Part shown: positions 19,719-31,139 of the stretch, in pieces
Layout: each line of letters begins with the position of its first letter
How positions within the stretch are numbered: position 1 is the first letter of the stretch
Origin: a virus
Taxonomy: Duplodnaviria > Caudoviricetes
Strand: one strand, 5' to 3'
IMG/VR virus record: IMGVR_UViG_3300014204_000009
Location: 27,966 to 91,965 of that record
Length of the DNA: 64,000 bases
Made by a program: the position numbers and the translations under genes
The notes under the pieces: model-generated
The model's database searches: none
What the model was told of the DNA's origin: nothing
Seen by the model: the letters and a program-made list of their open reading frames with translations, nothing else

Positions 19719-19951
19719 TTCTCTATAATTAAATTGAGTATACTTAAATTATCTTTACATTCTTGATCTCCAATCTGATATGTAGAATCAGTTAGATAAG
19801 TAGTAGAATCACAATCTGTAGTTAATACTACATAAGATTCATTATCTTGATTTATACCTTTATTTGTAATAGTTCCACAATCACAATCTTCATTATCATT
19901 CCAACAGCTATTTATAAATAGTGGAATAAGTAATATTAATATATATTTCAT
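19715..19951 (-). CDS. Small Cys-rich lipoprotein
   Basis: Likely start MKYILILLIPLFINS|C (lipobox), acidic residues after Cys, two DST sequons. Confidence 0.7.
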   Translation of the reverse strand: MKYILILLIPLFINSCWNDNEDCDCGTITNKGINQDNESYVVLTTDCDSTTYLTDSTYQIGDQECKDNLSILNLIIEK

Positions 19952-19952
19952 A

Positions 19953-21449
19953 TCATTTATGTTTATAATACCAATCAATAAGTAAATTAATAGCTTGTTT
20001 ATCTTGTGAATTAAAGAATGATTTACGAATATTAAAATATTCTACTACTGTATCTATTGAAACGTTATTTAAATTTATATATGGTTCTTTAGTAGTATTA
20101 TTTATTAGAATAGGTTTTGTTATATTTATTCCAAAATCTTTTATGAGTTTATAATATAAATTATTTGTAATAGCTCGTAATCCACTATATTTATAGAATG
20201 CATATTGTGTTCCACTTTTAATATCTATCCATAAACTTTCAATATCATGTTTAGAATCTTCTCTAAGATAACATTCAAATTTAATATTATCCATAAATTT
20301 ACTAAATGGATCTCTATAATTCATACTTTCATAAATTGATCTAATTTATATCTTCTTCCATAATAAGTAACATACATAATACCATTATTAGTACATTTTA
20401 TAAATTGCCAATGACTAACTTTACCATAATATCTAAGTCTAGCTTGTAACATTTCATTATATAACTCAATCTCTAATCCTCCATGATTAGAAAGAGTAAG
20501 ACTACCATGTGGTATAAAAGTACTCATATAAATTTACCTTTATTTTCATTAATAACTTCTTTTTTAATTCTCTTTTTAGGTATAAGATTATCTTTATTAA
20601 TATAACCTTTTGCATGAAGTCTATCAATAAAATCATTTATTGTATTAGCAGTTATACCTCTATACATAAAAGTATATTCAAATTTACTTCCCTGTGTTTT
20701 AGATATATGTATAGTAATAAGAGCATATTTACTTAGAGGTTCTGTTTGTAATTCAGTTAGAATCTTCTGTAACAACTTTTCCATTTTTAGTAACTTTTAA
20801 AATTAATGCATAATCAGGAAAATGTAAACTTTCTCTAGCACAATTGAAAGATGATTCACTATCATGATGTAGTATAGGACTCATTCTTTCTTTCTCTCTA
20901 ATATGAGGATCAGTTTCTTGATTACAAAAACAAGGATAATAACTTTGACTTGTTTTAGTATCTTTATTCCAATATAAACCCTTAGTAACTATAATTCTAG
21001 ATATAACACTATTTGAAGGATTACCTTTACCAAATGCAATTATATCTTTAGGATTAATACCAAATTCATTATTAAATATAGAAGTAACTTCAGCTAGAGT
21101 TTTACTATATAGTTCATGAATTCTATCATTAATAGATTTATCAATACTAATTAATATAATATCTCTTTCTTCACTTGAATAGAGATTTACTGATTTACCT
21201 TTAAATTTATGAGTCATAATATTATATTTTTATTTCTTCTATAAGTGAAGTGATAGCAGCACAATGATACTTAATTTCTTCTTTAATTTTATCTATATTT
21301 ATATATATATTTTTATGTGTATCATTTAAATCAGGTAAACTCCAATCAGGATCAAAATACATACATCTAATACAATATCTTTTACCATGCATAATTTGCA
21401 TATTACAATCATGGCACCCACCATGAAATATAATCATATTTGTATTCAT
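19953..21449 (-). CDS. Five small hypothetical proteins (19953-20324, 20321-20527, 20524-20784, 20753-21217, 21222-21449)
   Basis: Tightly packed, overlapping ORFs; the last has CHDC..CIRC. Confidence 0.55.
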
Positions 21450-22576
21450 AATACTTTAAATTTATAATTTATATAATCTTTTAATACATTAGGAGAAACA
21501 ATAACTGCAAGTTCATAAAAATCTTTATATTCATATTCACCTTTAAATTCATCTTTAAATTTAGATAGTTTTTGATATAAAACTTCAAGAGATTGAATAG
21601 AGGGTAAATCATGATATAAACCTTTTATAGTATTTTCAGGAATACCTCCTACTTTATTACCAATAAATATAGGAATTAACTTATATTTATAATAATGGTA
21701 AAAAGCAGTAACTATTCCAGAAGGATCATAATCTGTATTAAGATAAATAGTTTTATATACTGTTCTTAATGCAGTAATTTCTTCAACACTTAATCTAATA
21801 CTTTCAGAAGATAAGTTAGTAACACAATATCTTTCTGGTAAATAAGATCGTAATATAATTCGATCTTTATAGCTTTTAGTTATTACTAAATTATCAGCTT
21901 TATATAATCTATTAATACCTTCAAAATTATATTTATTATTAGTAATAAATCTAACTTTAGTCTTGTCCCGCAGAGGGAAGTAAAGTTTAATTAAACTTTT
22001 CTTTTCAATAAGATCAAAAAAATAAGCATAACAAGGATCAGTTTTAACATAATTATAATAAGATATAGAATGAGATATTACATTAGCTGTATCAACAGGA
22101 TATACACCTTCTTCTTTTAGTAGTTCTAATTTAGTATGTATTCCTACTAACCAAAATCTAATACCAAAACTATCCCAATGTCTTTGCTCAAATTTAATTA
22201 TAGTATCTGATTTTCTTCTATCAGTATTAGTTTGTGCAGGTATATTACCAATAGCTGAATTATCAATAATATGTTTACATATCTTAACAAATCCATCTTT
22301 AGTTAAAGTATTATTATTAGTAATTAATCCTACTAAATCAAATATATCTCCTCTAAATGTAGTATTACCATAATCATACATTCTTACTTTATTGTTAGAT
22401 ATAGAGAATGTTAATGAACCTGTTTCTTCCATTCTCATAGGATTGATAATCTTCTTATTATTATGAATACAATTAAGAATATCAGCTTCACTAACACCTA
22501 AGTATTTACTAAATAATTCAACCTGATTATAGTTTGTTAGAATAAAATCTTTAATAGATGTTAAACTTAGTTTCAT
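21446..22576 (-). CDS. DNA primase (crAss-type TOPRIM)
   Basis: NPMR, YDYG..GDIFD, ITKSYKD, SES, DYDPSG, KDFYE. Confidence 0.85.
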   Translation of the reverse strand: MKLSLTSIKDFILTNYNQVELFSKYLGVSEADILNCIHNNKKIINPMRMEETGSLTFSISNNKVRMYDYGNTTFRGDIFDLVGLITNNNTLTKDGFVKICKHIIDNSAIGNIPAQTNTDRRKSDTIIKFEQRHWDSFGIRFWLVGIHTKLELLKEEGVYPVDTANVISHSISYYNYVKTDPCYAYFFDLIEKKSLIKLYFPLRDKTKVRFITNNKYNFEGINRLYKADNLVITKSYKDRIILRSYLPERYCVTNLSSESIRLSVEEITALRTVYKTIYLNTDYDPSGIVTAFYHYYKYKLIPIFIGNKVGGIPENTIKGLYHDLPSIQSLEVLYQKLSKFKDEFKGEYEYKDFYELAVIVSPNVLKDYINYKFKVL

Positions 22577-22604
22577 AATAATATATTTAATATTAATAAA
22601 AATA

Positions 22605-22636
22605 GGAGAATTAGATGTTATAATATCTAACTCTCC
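22605..22636 (-). terminator. Hairpin terminator after SSB
   Basis: ggagaattagat...atctaactctcc with A-run on +. Confidence 0.6.
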
Positions 22637-22645
22637 AATTTTGGA

Positions 22646-23452
22646 CTATTCTGACTTTTTACCTTTTAACAAAGCTTGACGTACAGGATCATCAACTTCA
22701 TCTTCAACGTTATCTCTTCCAGCTACTTGAGCAGCAGGCATAGTTGCAGCTTTAAGTTCTGTACTTTCTGATGGTCTGAAACGTAATGTAGTATCAATCT
22801 TTCCATCTTTTGTTGCATAAGGTTCAATAAACCCTTCAGTAACATAATGTGGAAATGCAAGATACATACTTCTACCATCACGAGTAGGAGTAGCAATCAG
22901 TTTCATCGTAGTTACAATACTCTTTCCATTAACATCCAACCAAATTGGTTTTTCTTCTCCAATACCTTTAAATGAATTAAAGATAATATTAAAGAATTCT
23001 TTAAATTCAGCAAGACGAGTTTCAGGAGTAGAAGTAGTATCAGTAGTAAAATCAGGAATAACAGTGATAGGACGATAATTAGGAGATTTAGCTTTCTTAT
23101 AAGCATCATGAATATGCTTAATTCTCTTCCATAATTCAGTAATCATATTTACATAATCACTATCCTTAATAGGTTCACCGTTCTTCTTAATCCTGGCAAT
23201 AGGTAATTCACTATGTGTAAAGAACCTATCAGGATCTTCTACTGAAAGTTTATAATTAGTGAAATGAAAAGCAATTCTAGGAACTGTTAATCCTTTATAT
23301 TCCCATTCACTATCAGCATCAATAGTTGATTCAGTAAGTTCAATACTTTCTAATTGTCCAATACAAAGATTTTTATTAATTGGACTTGGTTCAAATTTCA
23401 ATCTAGATGTTACTTCTGCATTGACATCTAACTTAATCTTATTTTCACTCAT
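22646..23452 (-). CDS. Putative single-stranded DNA-binding protein
   Basis: Position next to primase; acidic flexible C-terminal region; aromatic FP.Y..GFIE. Confidence 0.6.
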   Translation of the reverse strand: MSENKIKLDVNAEVTSRLKFEPSPINKNLCIGQLESIELTESTIDADSEWEYKGLTVPRIAFHFTNYKLSVEDPDRFFTHSELPIARIKKNGEPIKDSDYVNMITELWKRIKHIHDAYKKAKSPNYRPITVIPDFTTDTTSTPETRLAEFKEFFNIIFNSFKGIGEEKPIWLDVNGKSIVTTMKLIATPTRDGRSMYLAFPHYVTEGFIEPYATKDGKIDTTLRFRPSESTELKAATMPAAQVAGRDNVEDEVDDPVRQALLKGKKSE

Positions 23453-23500
23453 AATTGTAATTTTATTAGATTGTTTGTTAAATAAATTATAAAAAAAATT

Positions 23501-23529
23501 AAAGGGAAGGAGATTTAATCCTCCCCTTT
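23501..23529 (-). terminator. Hairpin terminator
   Basis: aaagggaagga-gatttaa-tcctccccttt. Confidence 0.75.
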
Positions 23530-23549
23530 AAAGTAAAATTTAAATTATA

Positions 23550-24158
23550 TTATGCTTTAGGAGTAGCACCTTCTTCTTCAATCTGCGGTTTATGTTCCAC
23601 AAACTTCAAATCAGTAACAGAGAAAAGTAATACTTCAACTCCATCTACTACCTCAACTGGTTCATGTTTACTATCAACTACATTATAAGGAACAAGAGTA
23701 GCTGTACCTTTCTTAAGAGCAATATATCCTTTCTGAATCTTATTATCTTTAAGTTTAATTTCACGAGAAATAGCCATATTCCTAGCAACCAACTGATCTC
23801 CAGTAATTTCAGTAATTTCCATATCTTCAGTTACCATAGCACCCCATGCGATATTGAAACTAAAATTACCTCCATCACCTAATCTAGCTCCCTGCTGAAC
23901 TTTATTCCAAAGGAATCCAGCACTAATATAAAAACGATCATTAGCATGGTCAGTAACACCTTCTTGTCCTGCCATATCATACAGTACAACATGATCACCT
24001 TTACCTACTCCTAACAACTTAAGAGCTTTTTCACTCAATGAGAATGTATTATAGGTGGAATTTACACTAAGAATAGGATCAGCTCCACCAGAAACTTTAC
24101 TACCACTTTTAAGCATACCTTGACGGAATGCTAAACCACTAAAACGATTTTCTTCCAT
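23550..24158 (-). CDS. Conserved crAss-like replication-region protein
   Basis: FSLSEKALKLLGV.KGD.V; position in core module. Confidence 0.55.
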   Translation of the reverse strand: MEENRFSGLAFRQGMLKSGSKVSGGADPILSVNSTYNTFSLSEKALKLLGVGKGDHVVLYDMAGQEGVTDHANDRFYISAGFLWNKVQQGARLGDGGNFSFNIAWGAMVTEDMEITEITGDQLVARNMAISREIKLKDNKIQKGYIALKKGTATLVPYNVVDSKHEPVEVVDGVEVLLFSVTDLKFVEHKPQIEEEGATPKA

Positions 24159-24341
24159 TGTTTGTTAATTTTACTTGTTAGTACTAAATTTAGTATTTCA
24201 ATTATAATTGATATAATCCTTTCTAATATTATTATTCTTTACAGCTATCATAACTTACAGATTACGTATTGGATATCTTCCATGAGTTTAGTAAGTAGAA
24301 GGATAAAGTAAAATAATTATAGTTAGAATCAATAAGTCAAT

Positions 24342-25295
24342 TCATTCTTTAACTTCTTCAGCTTCTTGAATAGGAGTATTAATATATTCTACATTCTCAC
24401 CCATATCCATAACTTCTTCATCAGTATATATACCTTGAAGTTTATCAGCAACAAAAATCCTGCCAGAAATACTTATATTTCTATTTCTAAGCATTTGAGC
24501 AGGATTATCATTCCAATTACTTTTACCAGTAATTACTTGAGATACTAGTTTACCTTTATCTTCAACTACCATATAAGAATGATAACCTCTAAGTAAACCA
24601 GCATCTATCATTTCTTGAGTAGAAAGATGAAATATCTCATCTATATTCTTATCAGGTCTAATATATCTAATACTAGTTACAAATGTAGTATCAGTACCTC
24701 TTACTATTACTAATTTACCTTCATCTTCTGCATTAGTAACATCTTCTAATGTAGTAGTACCTTTAATATATATAAAGAAATCAGGTTTTAAAACACCTTC
24801 TTTATCATATACTTTATACTTATGTCCTACATAAGCATTAGTTCTAAAATCATAATATTTAGGAGTAGCTGCATAATCTCTAATAATATCTAATTTAGTT
24901 CCAGTATCTAAAAACATCTTAGAAATTATATCAACAGCTGTATACATAACATTACCATTCTTGGTTTCAATGTTATATATTTTAGATATAGAAGTAATAG
25001 GATCAATACCCATACTTCTACCTTTAAGAACACTTAGATAAGACTTAGCATTTAAAGTTTTACCTAAAGCAACAGCAGACATAGGAGGAATACCAATTTC
25101 TAAACCTATTGAAATTGCACCTACTACATCTGCTGGATTAACCTTTCCATCAGCACCTTTCTTGAACTCTTTAGTAAGGTCTGAATCAACTATTTCTAAT
25201 ACAAACTTCTTAATTTTATCTATATCTCTAAAAGGATCAAGCTTTTCAATCCTTCTAATAGATTTATCATTATATTTACTGATAGTTTCATTCAT
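24342..25295 (-). CDS. RecT/Red-beta-like single-strand annealing protein
   Basis: GLEIGIPPM, WNDNPAQMLRNR..R...D.LQGIYTDEE. Confidence 0.7.
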   Translation of the reverse strand: MNETISKYNDKSIRRIEKLDPFRDIDKIKKFVLEIVDSDLTKEFKKGADGKVNPADVVGAISIGLEIGIPPMSAVALGKTLNAKSYLSVLKGRSMGIDPITSISKIYNIETKNGNVMYTAVDIISKMFLDTGTKLDIIRDYAATPKYYDFRTNAYVGHKYKVYDKEGVLKPDFFIYIKGTTTLEDVTNAEDEGKLVIVRGTDTTFVTSIRYIRPDKNIDEIFHLSTQEMIDAGLLRGYHSYMVVEDKGKLVSQVITGKSNWNDNPAQMLRNRNISISGRIFVADKLQGIYTDEEVMDMGENVEYINTPIQEAEEVKE

Positions 25296-25338
25296 AAGTG
25301 GTTACAATTTATGGTTAAAATATGGTCGAAAAAGACCG

Positions 25339-25370
25339 CTAAAATACTACTTTTTATTGATTAAGTCAAG
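25339..25370 (-). promoter_or_regulatory. Bacteroidota sigma-A-like promoter (-33 TTG / -7 TATTTTAG)
   Basis: Minus strand cttgacttaatcaataaaaagtagtattttag; one mismatch to TAnnTTTG. Confidence 0.55.
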
Positions 25371-25397
25371 CTATTTTTTAGAAAGATACTAACAATG

Positions 25398-26894
25398 CTA
25401 CTCAATCAAATCTATTAAATTTAAGGTTACAATGTCATTTCTATTATTAGACTGTCTAAGATAAAGTTTAGTTTTATCTCTACTCTTTACAAATTCAACT
25501 TCTCCTTCTTCATTAATAATCTTGAAATCATCAAAGTATAAATTATAGATTTTAGTAACTTTATTAAGATTATAAATATCTACAGTCTTTCCTCTTGCAC
25601 TTCTTTGTGAATATTGCATAGGATTAGCTGTACCAGCAGTAGTTATAACTTGTTCAAGTGAAGCAATAGTTAATCCTTCATCTAAAGCTCTTGCAGTAGA
25701 TAAGAATGTATATGTTCCATCTCTCATTCCTTCGATAGCTAATTTCTTAACACTATCTTTACCAAACTTCTTAATTTCTCCAGCACGAACTGATCTTTCA
25801 CCATATAAAATCCAAGTACCAGTTATAGGATCAATCATAGGAGCAGTAGCAATATTAGAATGATAACATATTGCACATCTTTTAATATTATTATTTATAG
25901 CATCACATATTACATCTGCAAAAGAAGTAGATTCATTAAAGCAAATAGTTGAAACAGGATTATTCTTAAATATAGTTAATACAGCATTTAATTTAACTAT
26001 ACTATTTACTAGTAAATCATTACGTTTAGCAATAGATTTATTAAATTTATAAGCCATATCTTTAATATATTCATCAGTCCATTCATTAGCAAGATCAGTA
26101 TTCCAGCTTAATTGTGCTCTAATACCTTCTCTTACTTCTTCAGCTTTCATATATCTATATACAGTAGATTTACCACTATAACAAGCTATAATTAAATCAA
26201 AATCATTATTGAATACATAACTTCCATCTTTCCATCTAAATTTCTTATATAAATCTTTAAACTTCTTTAGTACATCTTTAATAATATTAGAATAATGTCT
26301 ATATTCAAGTTTATCATTTTCTGGAAACTCAAGTGGAACATTAAATTCAATAAAACTAGATATCCAACCATTCTTAAGTGCTTCTTCTTCAGTTATAATA
26401 TCAACTATTGGAGCATAAGAAACAATCTTACTTCTCATATCTCCTCCTGGCATTGAACCAGTAAGACACATAAGATATTTATTATTAATTATTTCTTTTC
26501 TAAGTAATCTTATTCTTTTATCACTAGTAAATCTATGAACTTCATCAATAATTAATAGATCACAAGTAATTTTTAGTTCTTCATCAATTACTTGATTTGC
26601 AGTATATACTCTAATATAATCTACAATAGATTGATTTAAAGTATATGGTTCAGGAAGTTTCTCAATTATTGAATATTTAGTAATTTGATCTTCCCATTCT
26701 TGTTTAACTGCAACACTAGGTGTAACAATTACAATATCTACTTTATCATTCTTTACTAACATTTTATTGATAGCTAATAAAGCAACTAGAGTTTTACCAA
26801 ATCTCATTACTAAATTAAGTGTTCCTATACCACCTGCATTTCTCCATTTAATACTTGATAAATCTTGTCTAGCAAGTTTTGTTGAATCAATCAT
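25398..26894 (-). CDS. Superfamily 2 helicase
   Basis: RFGKT, IIDEVH, LTGS, LDEGL, QRSARG. Confidence 0.9.
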   Translation of the reverse strand: MIDSTKLARQDLSSIKWRNAGGIGTLNLVMRFGKTLVALLAINKMLVKNDKVDIVIVTPSVAVKQEWEDQITKYSIIEKLPEPYTLNQSIVDYIRVYTANQVIDEELKITCDLLIIDEVHRFTSDKRIRLLRKEIINNKYLMCLTGSMPGGDMRSKIVSYAPIVDIITEEEALKNGWISSFIEFNVPLEFPENDKLEYRHYSNIIKDVLKKFKDLYKKFRWKDGSYVFNNDFDLIIACYSGKSTVYRYMKAEEVREGIRAQLSWNTDLANEWTDEYIKDMAYKFNKSIAKRNDLLVNSIVKLNAVLTIFKNNPVSTICFNESTSFADVICDAINNNIKRCAICYHSNIATAPMIDPITGTWILYGERSVRAGEIKKFGKDSVKKLAIEGMRDGTYTFLSTARALDEGLTIASLEQVITTAGTANPMQYSQRSARGKTVDIYNLNKVTKIYNLYFDDFKIINEEGEVEFVKSRDKTKLYLRQSNNRNDIVTLNLIDLIE

Positions 26895-28211
26895 ATAGCA
26901 TTTTCTATTGGTATAATTGTTATATAATATATCATTTTAGGATAATTTGTAATATCATATTCAATTCTATCTACTTTTCCTGTTAAACTATAACTAGTAG
27001 TATCTCGAACAGTATCCCCTTGTTGTGGAATAGGATCTTTCCAACTATCAAATCTATTTCTAATTGTAATATTTGCATTATCCTTACTAAACCCTCTAAA
27101 TACAAATTCTACTATCATATTGATTTATCTTTTAAGAAGTTTTTAATTATAGTTATTCTTTTACTTTCTACTTTTGGTTTAAGATTAGTTTTACCTTTTG
27201 ATCTACCTTTTGTAAAAGTAAACTTATCCATAATCTCATAGTATTTAACTTTCTCTTCTTCATCTACAGGTTCAAAGTTAAATGCTAATTCAAATGATTT
27301 AGGATTAGAAGTAAAATAAAGAACCTGACAAAATCTACCTGTAGAATACTCTATAGTTTCAGTTCTAACTATTTCTTGTTCTACAGGTATCTTACCATTT
27401 AAATCAGGTTCTTTATTTCTAGCTATTACTTTATCCCCAATAGAATAAGTAATAGGATCGAAGTTATTTTCCATATAATTGCGTATTCTTACTATGTTCT
27501 ATTACAACCTCATCTAATGCCCATATTACTGCAGAATTAGTTATTATAGTAAATACATCATCAACAATCTTTTTAACTTTATTATCATTAATTGGAGAAT
27601 TATTAATTATTCCACTTAATATCATTTGTCTAATTGTAGCTTCTGCATCACTCATTTCTTTTTATTTTTAGGATTTAATACTCTAACTTTTTTAACTTTA
27701 ATAGCATAGAAATAACAATATAGACCATCAATTTGCATATTAGGACCTATATAATTAGGTATATATTCTCTATTTAACTCTGCAGTAGTTTCTACTATTC
27801 CACGTTTATTAATAAATTTCTCTTTTATATTATATCTACTATCTTTAGGATGAATATCAATAATTTCAACAATATCTCCAGGTTTTAAATTAATCTTTTT
27901 CATAATTATAAGTTTTAATATTTTACACTAAGTAATATAGTATATAATAGATTCTCTACATCTTCATCATTAGTATCATCTCTATATGCTCTATTCATAA
28001 TAGTCCATTCATAATCATAATACTTATATTTAAATTCCATTCCCTCAGAATTATATATAATAGGAAATTCTGGTGTACTAATTTCTTCTACTAAATATTT
28101 CATAAATGTAGAAGATATTTGTATTGTAAATATAGTTGCATTTGGTAAAGGATTATTTAATTTCATAATTCTATCCAAAGCTATTCTTTCTATAATTTTA
28201 ATTAGTTTCAT
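26891..28211 (-). CDS. Five small hypothetical proteins (26891-27118, 27115-27474, 27464-27655, 27652-27903, 27915-28211)
   Basis: Tightly packed ORFs; several with GDxV SH3/KOW-like starts. Confidence 0.55.
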
Positions 28212-28214
28212 ATT

Positions 28215-28526
28215 CTATAATTTGGTAGATGTACATACATATTTATTTACTATACCTTTATCTATACTATATAATATATCTCTGATCATATCTATTTTTT
28301 CAGTATAATTCACATCAATGTCTAAATTCATGCTTTTAAATAATAGATATGCAGGAGAAATAGATAATTCTATAGAAATTCTTTGAATAACTTTTATAGT
28401 AGGATTACCATGACCATTTTCAATTTGACTCATATAAGTTTGAGAAATATTAACTTCTTTAGCAATAAATCCTTGACTTAATTTAAGTTCTTTTCTTCTA
28501 TCTTTAATAGCTTTACCTATATTCAT
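28215..28526 (-). CDS. XRE-family HTH transcriptional regulator
   Basis: IGKAIKDRRKELKLSQ..IA..V.ISQTYMSQIENG..NPT. Confidence 0.92.
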   Translation of the reverse strand: MNIGKAIKDRRKELKLSQGFIAKEVNISQTYMSQIENGHGNPTIKVIQRISIELSISPAYLLFKSMNLDIDVNYTEKIDMIRDILYSIDKGIVNKYVCTSTKL

Positions 28527-28537
28527 AATTTTAAATA

Positions 28538-30703
28538 TTAATCAAATAAACTACCACCACCTTTTTTCAAATCTACTGTTATATTACCTAATATAGTATC
28601 TATAATATCCATACATTTCATCTTGTAATAATTATAGTTAATTTCATATTCACTAATGTTATCAACAGGATAGAAATCATTGAATATCTTAACAGTATAT
28701 CCTTTAACCATTTGATGAAGTGAATTATCATTCTTATCTCTTTTAATAAGAGTACCTCCTCTTTTAGATACATAATATCTAATAGTTTTTTGAAGTTTAG
28801 TAACTTGTAATTCACTTCCAACTATCTTATGAAATTCATTTATATAGTTTTTACCTGTCTTAATACTCATACAGAAATCATAAATATCATATTTAGGATC
28901 ATGTAAAGTAACTTCAATAGGTATCTTTTCAATAAAGAACTTCTTTATAGCAATAGGTACAATAGGATGCATATAAGCTTTTGATATATCTAATTTATCA
29001 GATAAATCACCTTTTGTTTTAAGCTTACCTTTATCAGATATAGAATAATAATCATTAACAGTAGTTCTACAATAATCAAGATATGTTACAAATTCTAATG
29101 ATATATTAGTATCAATTTCCCAACTTCTGCATATATCATAATACTCTTGTAACCTTACCTTTTCAATTCTAGTAGTAATACCATCAGTATTAGCTGAAAT
29201 AACATGAAAGTTACTCTCTTCAAGTCTTTCAATTAACATAAGTAGATTAAGTTCACCATTAAATGTTACACTAACTAATGCTTTAATATCTCTAAGCCAA
29301 CTGTATTCACTACCAAATTTACCAAAGAAACCAGCATTAGCTACAATCTTCAAAGCTTCAGCACTAATCTTATCTTGTTTAGTTGCAGTTCCAGCTTGTA
29401 CTCTTGATTTAATATCAAGTCGTCTAGTAACAACCATATCAGCAACTCTAATAAAAGCATTAGTTAGATGTCTAGGTTTAATTCCATATTGAACAACCAT
29501 TCTAGGATAAAATGAATTACCATCAGCATCAATATAAGTATAAGTTTCATCTTCTAGAAATCTTCTAGGATCATCTAAACTATGTAAACCTCCACTCATT
29601 AGCTTATATCCAGTTCCATTTATAATTACTTTATAAGCAATTTCATTTGTATAATTGATTACTCTTGCTCCTAAAATATTCATAAATTCACTAAGATATA
29701 TTCCAGATTTATAAGATCTAAACTTATAGTCTTTCTGTTCTCCAACTTTATATCCAATTAATACATCACATTTAACTGTATCTCTAAACTTCAATCTAGA
29801 GTTAAATGTAGTAGATACTTGAATTGGTTCATCAGGAGTATAACTTCTACTAAAAGTATAATAATCAATTCCACTATATTCTTCATAGAATTTAGCTAAT
29901 AAAATATCAGCAACTTTACTTCTACTAGCGTTTAGTAAATTAACTTTATATAATGCTCCAGTATCAAGTCGCTGTTCAAGTTCATCAAGTTTAGCAAAAT
30001 ATAATCTATGTGTAATAAGATCATCATTAATATTATAGTCAATAATGTCTGGTATATGGTTTCCCATTACATAACGCTCAAAAGAATTTAATTTATTGAT
30101 CTGTTCAGCGGGTAAATCTAAATAGTTAAGTTCTTCTTCAATACCTGGAAAAGGCATAGTATAATTCTCAATTCTATGCCACTTAAGTGATATTCCAACT
30201 TGTTTTAAAGATATAAATAACTTATCTAGATAATGAAGTTTCATTAAGTCAATAGATCTATATCTATTAGTATTTCTAATACTTTTATTCTTTCTATATT
30301 GCCACTTAGGTAAAGTCCAAGTAACAATATCTACTGAAAGATTATATAATTCAGTATTTATTTCAAGAACAGATTTATCATTAAACTTATTTCTATTAAT
30401 AAATATAAAATCTAATATGATATCATCATATTCAGAGTTATTATATCCTATTAAAGTTAAACTTCTACTATTTTCAATCCAAGTTCCTAACCTTTGGAAG
30501 TCATTAACTTTAGGATAACCTTCAATATCAGATATAATAAACATTTCATAATCAAACTGTTTAAGTAACTGTTGTTTGAGTATCTTTTGTTTATTAATAT
30601 CTGCTTGAATATATTGATCTATAATCTTTTGATCAGTATCAATAGATATAAAAGTAGCACAAAAGAAGTTCTTGAATATTTCAATATCATATATATATGG
30701 CAT
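28538..30703 (-). CDS. polB: Family B DNA polymerase with 3'-5' exonuclease
   Basis: YDIE (Exo I), GYNNSEYD, DYNIND; DGNSFYP, KIVANAGFFGK, SANTDG. Confidence 0.93.
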   Translation of the reverse strand: MPYIYDIEIFKNFFCATFISIDTDQKIIDQYIQADINKQKILKQQLLKQFDYEMFIISDIEGYPKVNDFQRLGTWIENSRSLTLIGYNNSEYDDIILDFIFINRNKFNDKSVLEINTELYNLSVDIVTWTLPKWQYRKNKSIRNTNRYRSIDLMKLHYLDKLFISLKQVGISLKWHRIENYTMPFPGIEEELNYLDLPAEQINKLNSFERYVMGNHIPDIIDYNINDDLITHRLYFAKLDELEQRLDTGALYKVNLLNASRSKVADILLAKFYEEYSGIDYYTFSRSYTPDEPIQVSTTFNSRLKFRDTVKCDVLIGYKVGEQKDYKFRSYKSGIYLSEFMNILGARVINYTNEIAYKVIINGTGYKLMSGGLHSLDDPRRFLEDETYTYIDADGNSFYPRMVVQYGIKPRHLTNAFIRVADMVVTRRLDIKSRVQAGTATKQDKISAEALKIVANAGFFGKFGSEYSWLRDIKALVSVTFNGELNLLMLIERLEESNFHVISANTDGITTRIEKVRLQEYYDICRSWEIDTNISLEFVTYLDYCRTTVNDYYSISDKGKLKTKGDLSDKLDISKAYMHPIVPIAIKKFFIEKIPIEVTLHDPKYDIYDFCMSIKTGKNYINEFHKIVGSELQVTKLQKTIRYYVSKRGGTLIKRDKNDNSLHQMVKGYTVKIFNDFYPVDNISEYEINYNYYKMKCMDIIDTILGNITVDLKKGGGSLFD

Positions 30704-30706
30704 AAC

Positions 30707-31135
30707 CTAAATTTTAATTTCTTCAATAGATTTTATATTATTACCACAAATTATATCATCTCCTTGATAATATCCATCATAAACAGTATCATTAAATTGT
30801 ATTTTAATAATACATTTATTTGTAGAATGAAAATTAGAATTATCCCAGTCTATTGCACTATTAAGACGATTTTTACAATCTATAATATTAATATAACATC
30901 CAGTATAACCATAAAAGTCTTTTTTAAAGTTAGGATTACCAGGTAGTAATAAATCCTTTTTAAAATAATCTGAAAATCGTGTAGCAATACTTTTTCTATA
31001 TTTAGGTTTAGGTACTAGTCCTGGTTTATATTCAATATTAGTTGCAATACTATAGTATTTACCATCTCTAGATTTATATGCAACTTTATATCCAGTTTTA
31101 ATTTTACTAGGACTATCTAATTTTATTTCACACAT
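30707..31135 (-). CDS. Hypothetical protein, paralog of 32675-33091
   Basis: YKVA.K.DGKYYS.AT.IEYK.G.V..P. Confidence 0.65.
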   Translation of the reverse strand: MCEIKLDSPSKIKTGYKVAYKSRDGKYYSIATNIEYKPGLVPKPKYRKSIATRFSDYFKKDLLLPGNPNFKKDFYGYTGCYINIIDCKNRLNSAIDWDNSNFHSTNKCIIKIQFNDTVYDGYYQGDDIICGNNIKSIEEIKI

Positions 31136-31139
31136 AGTT

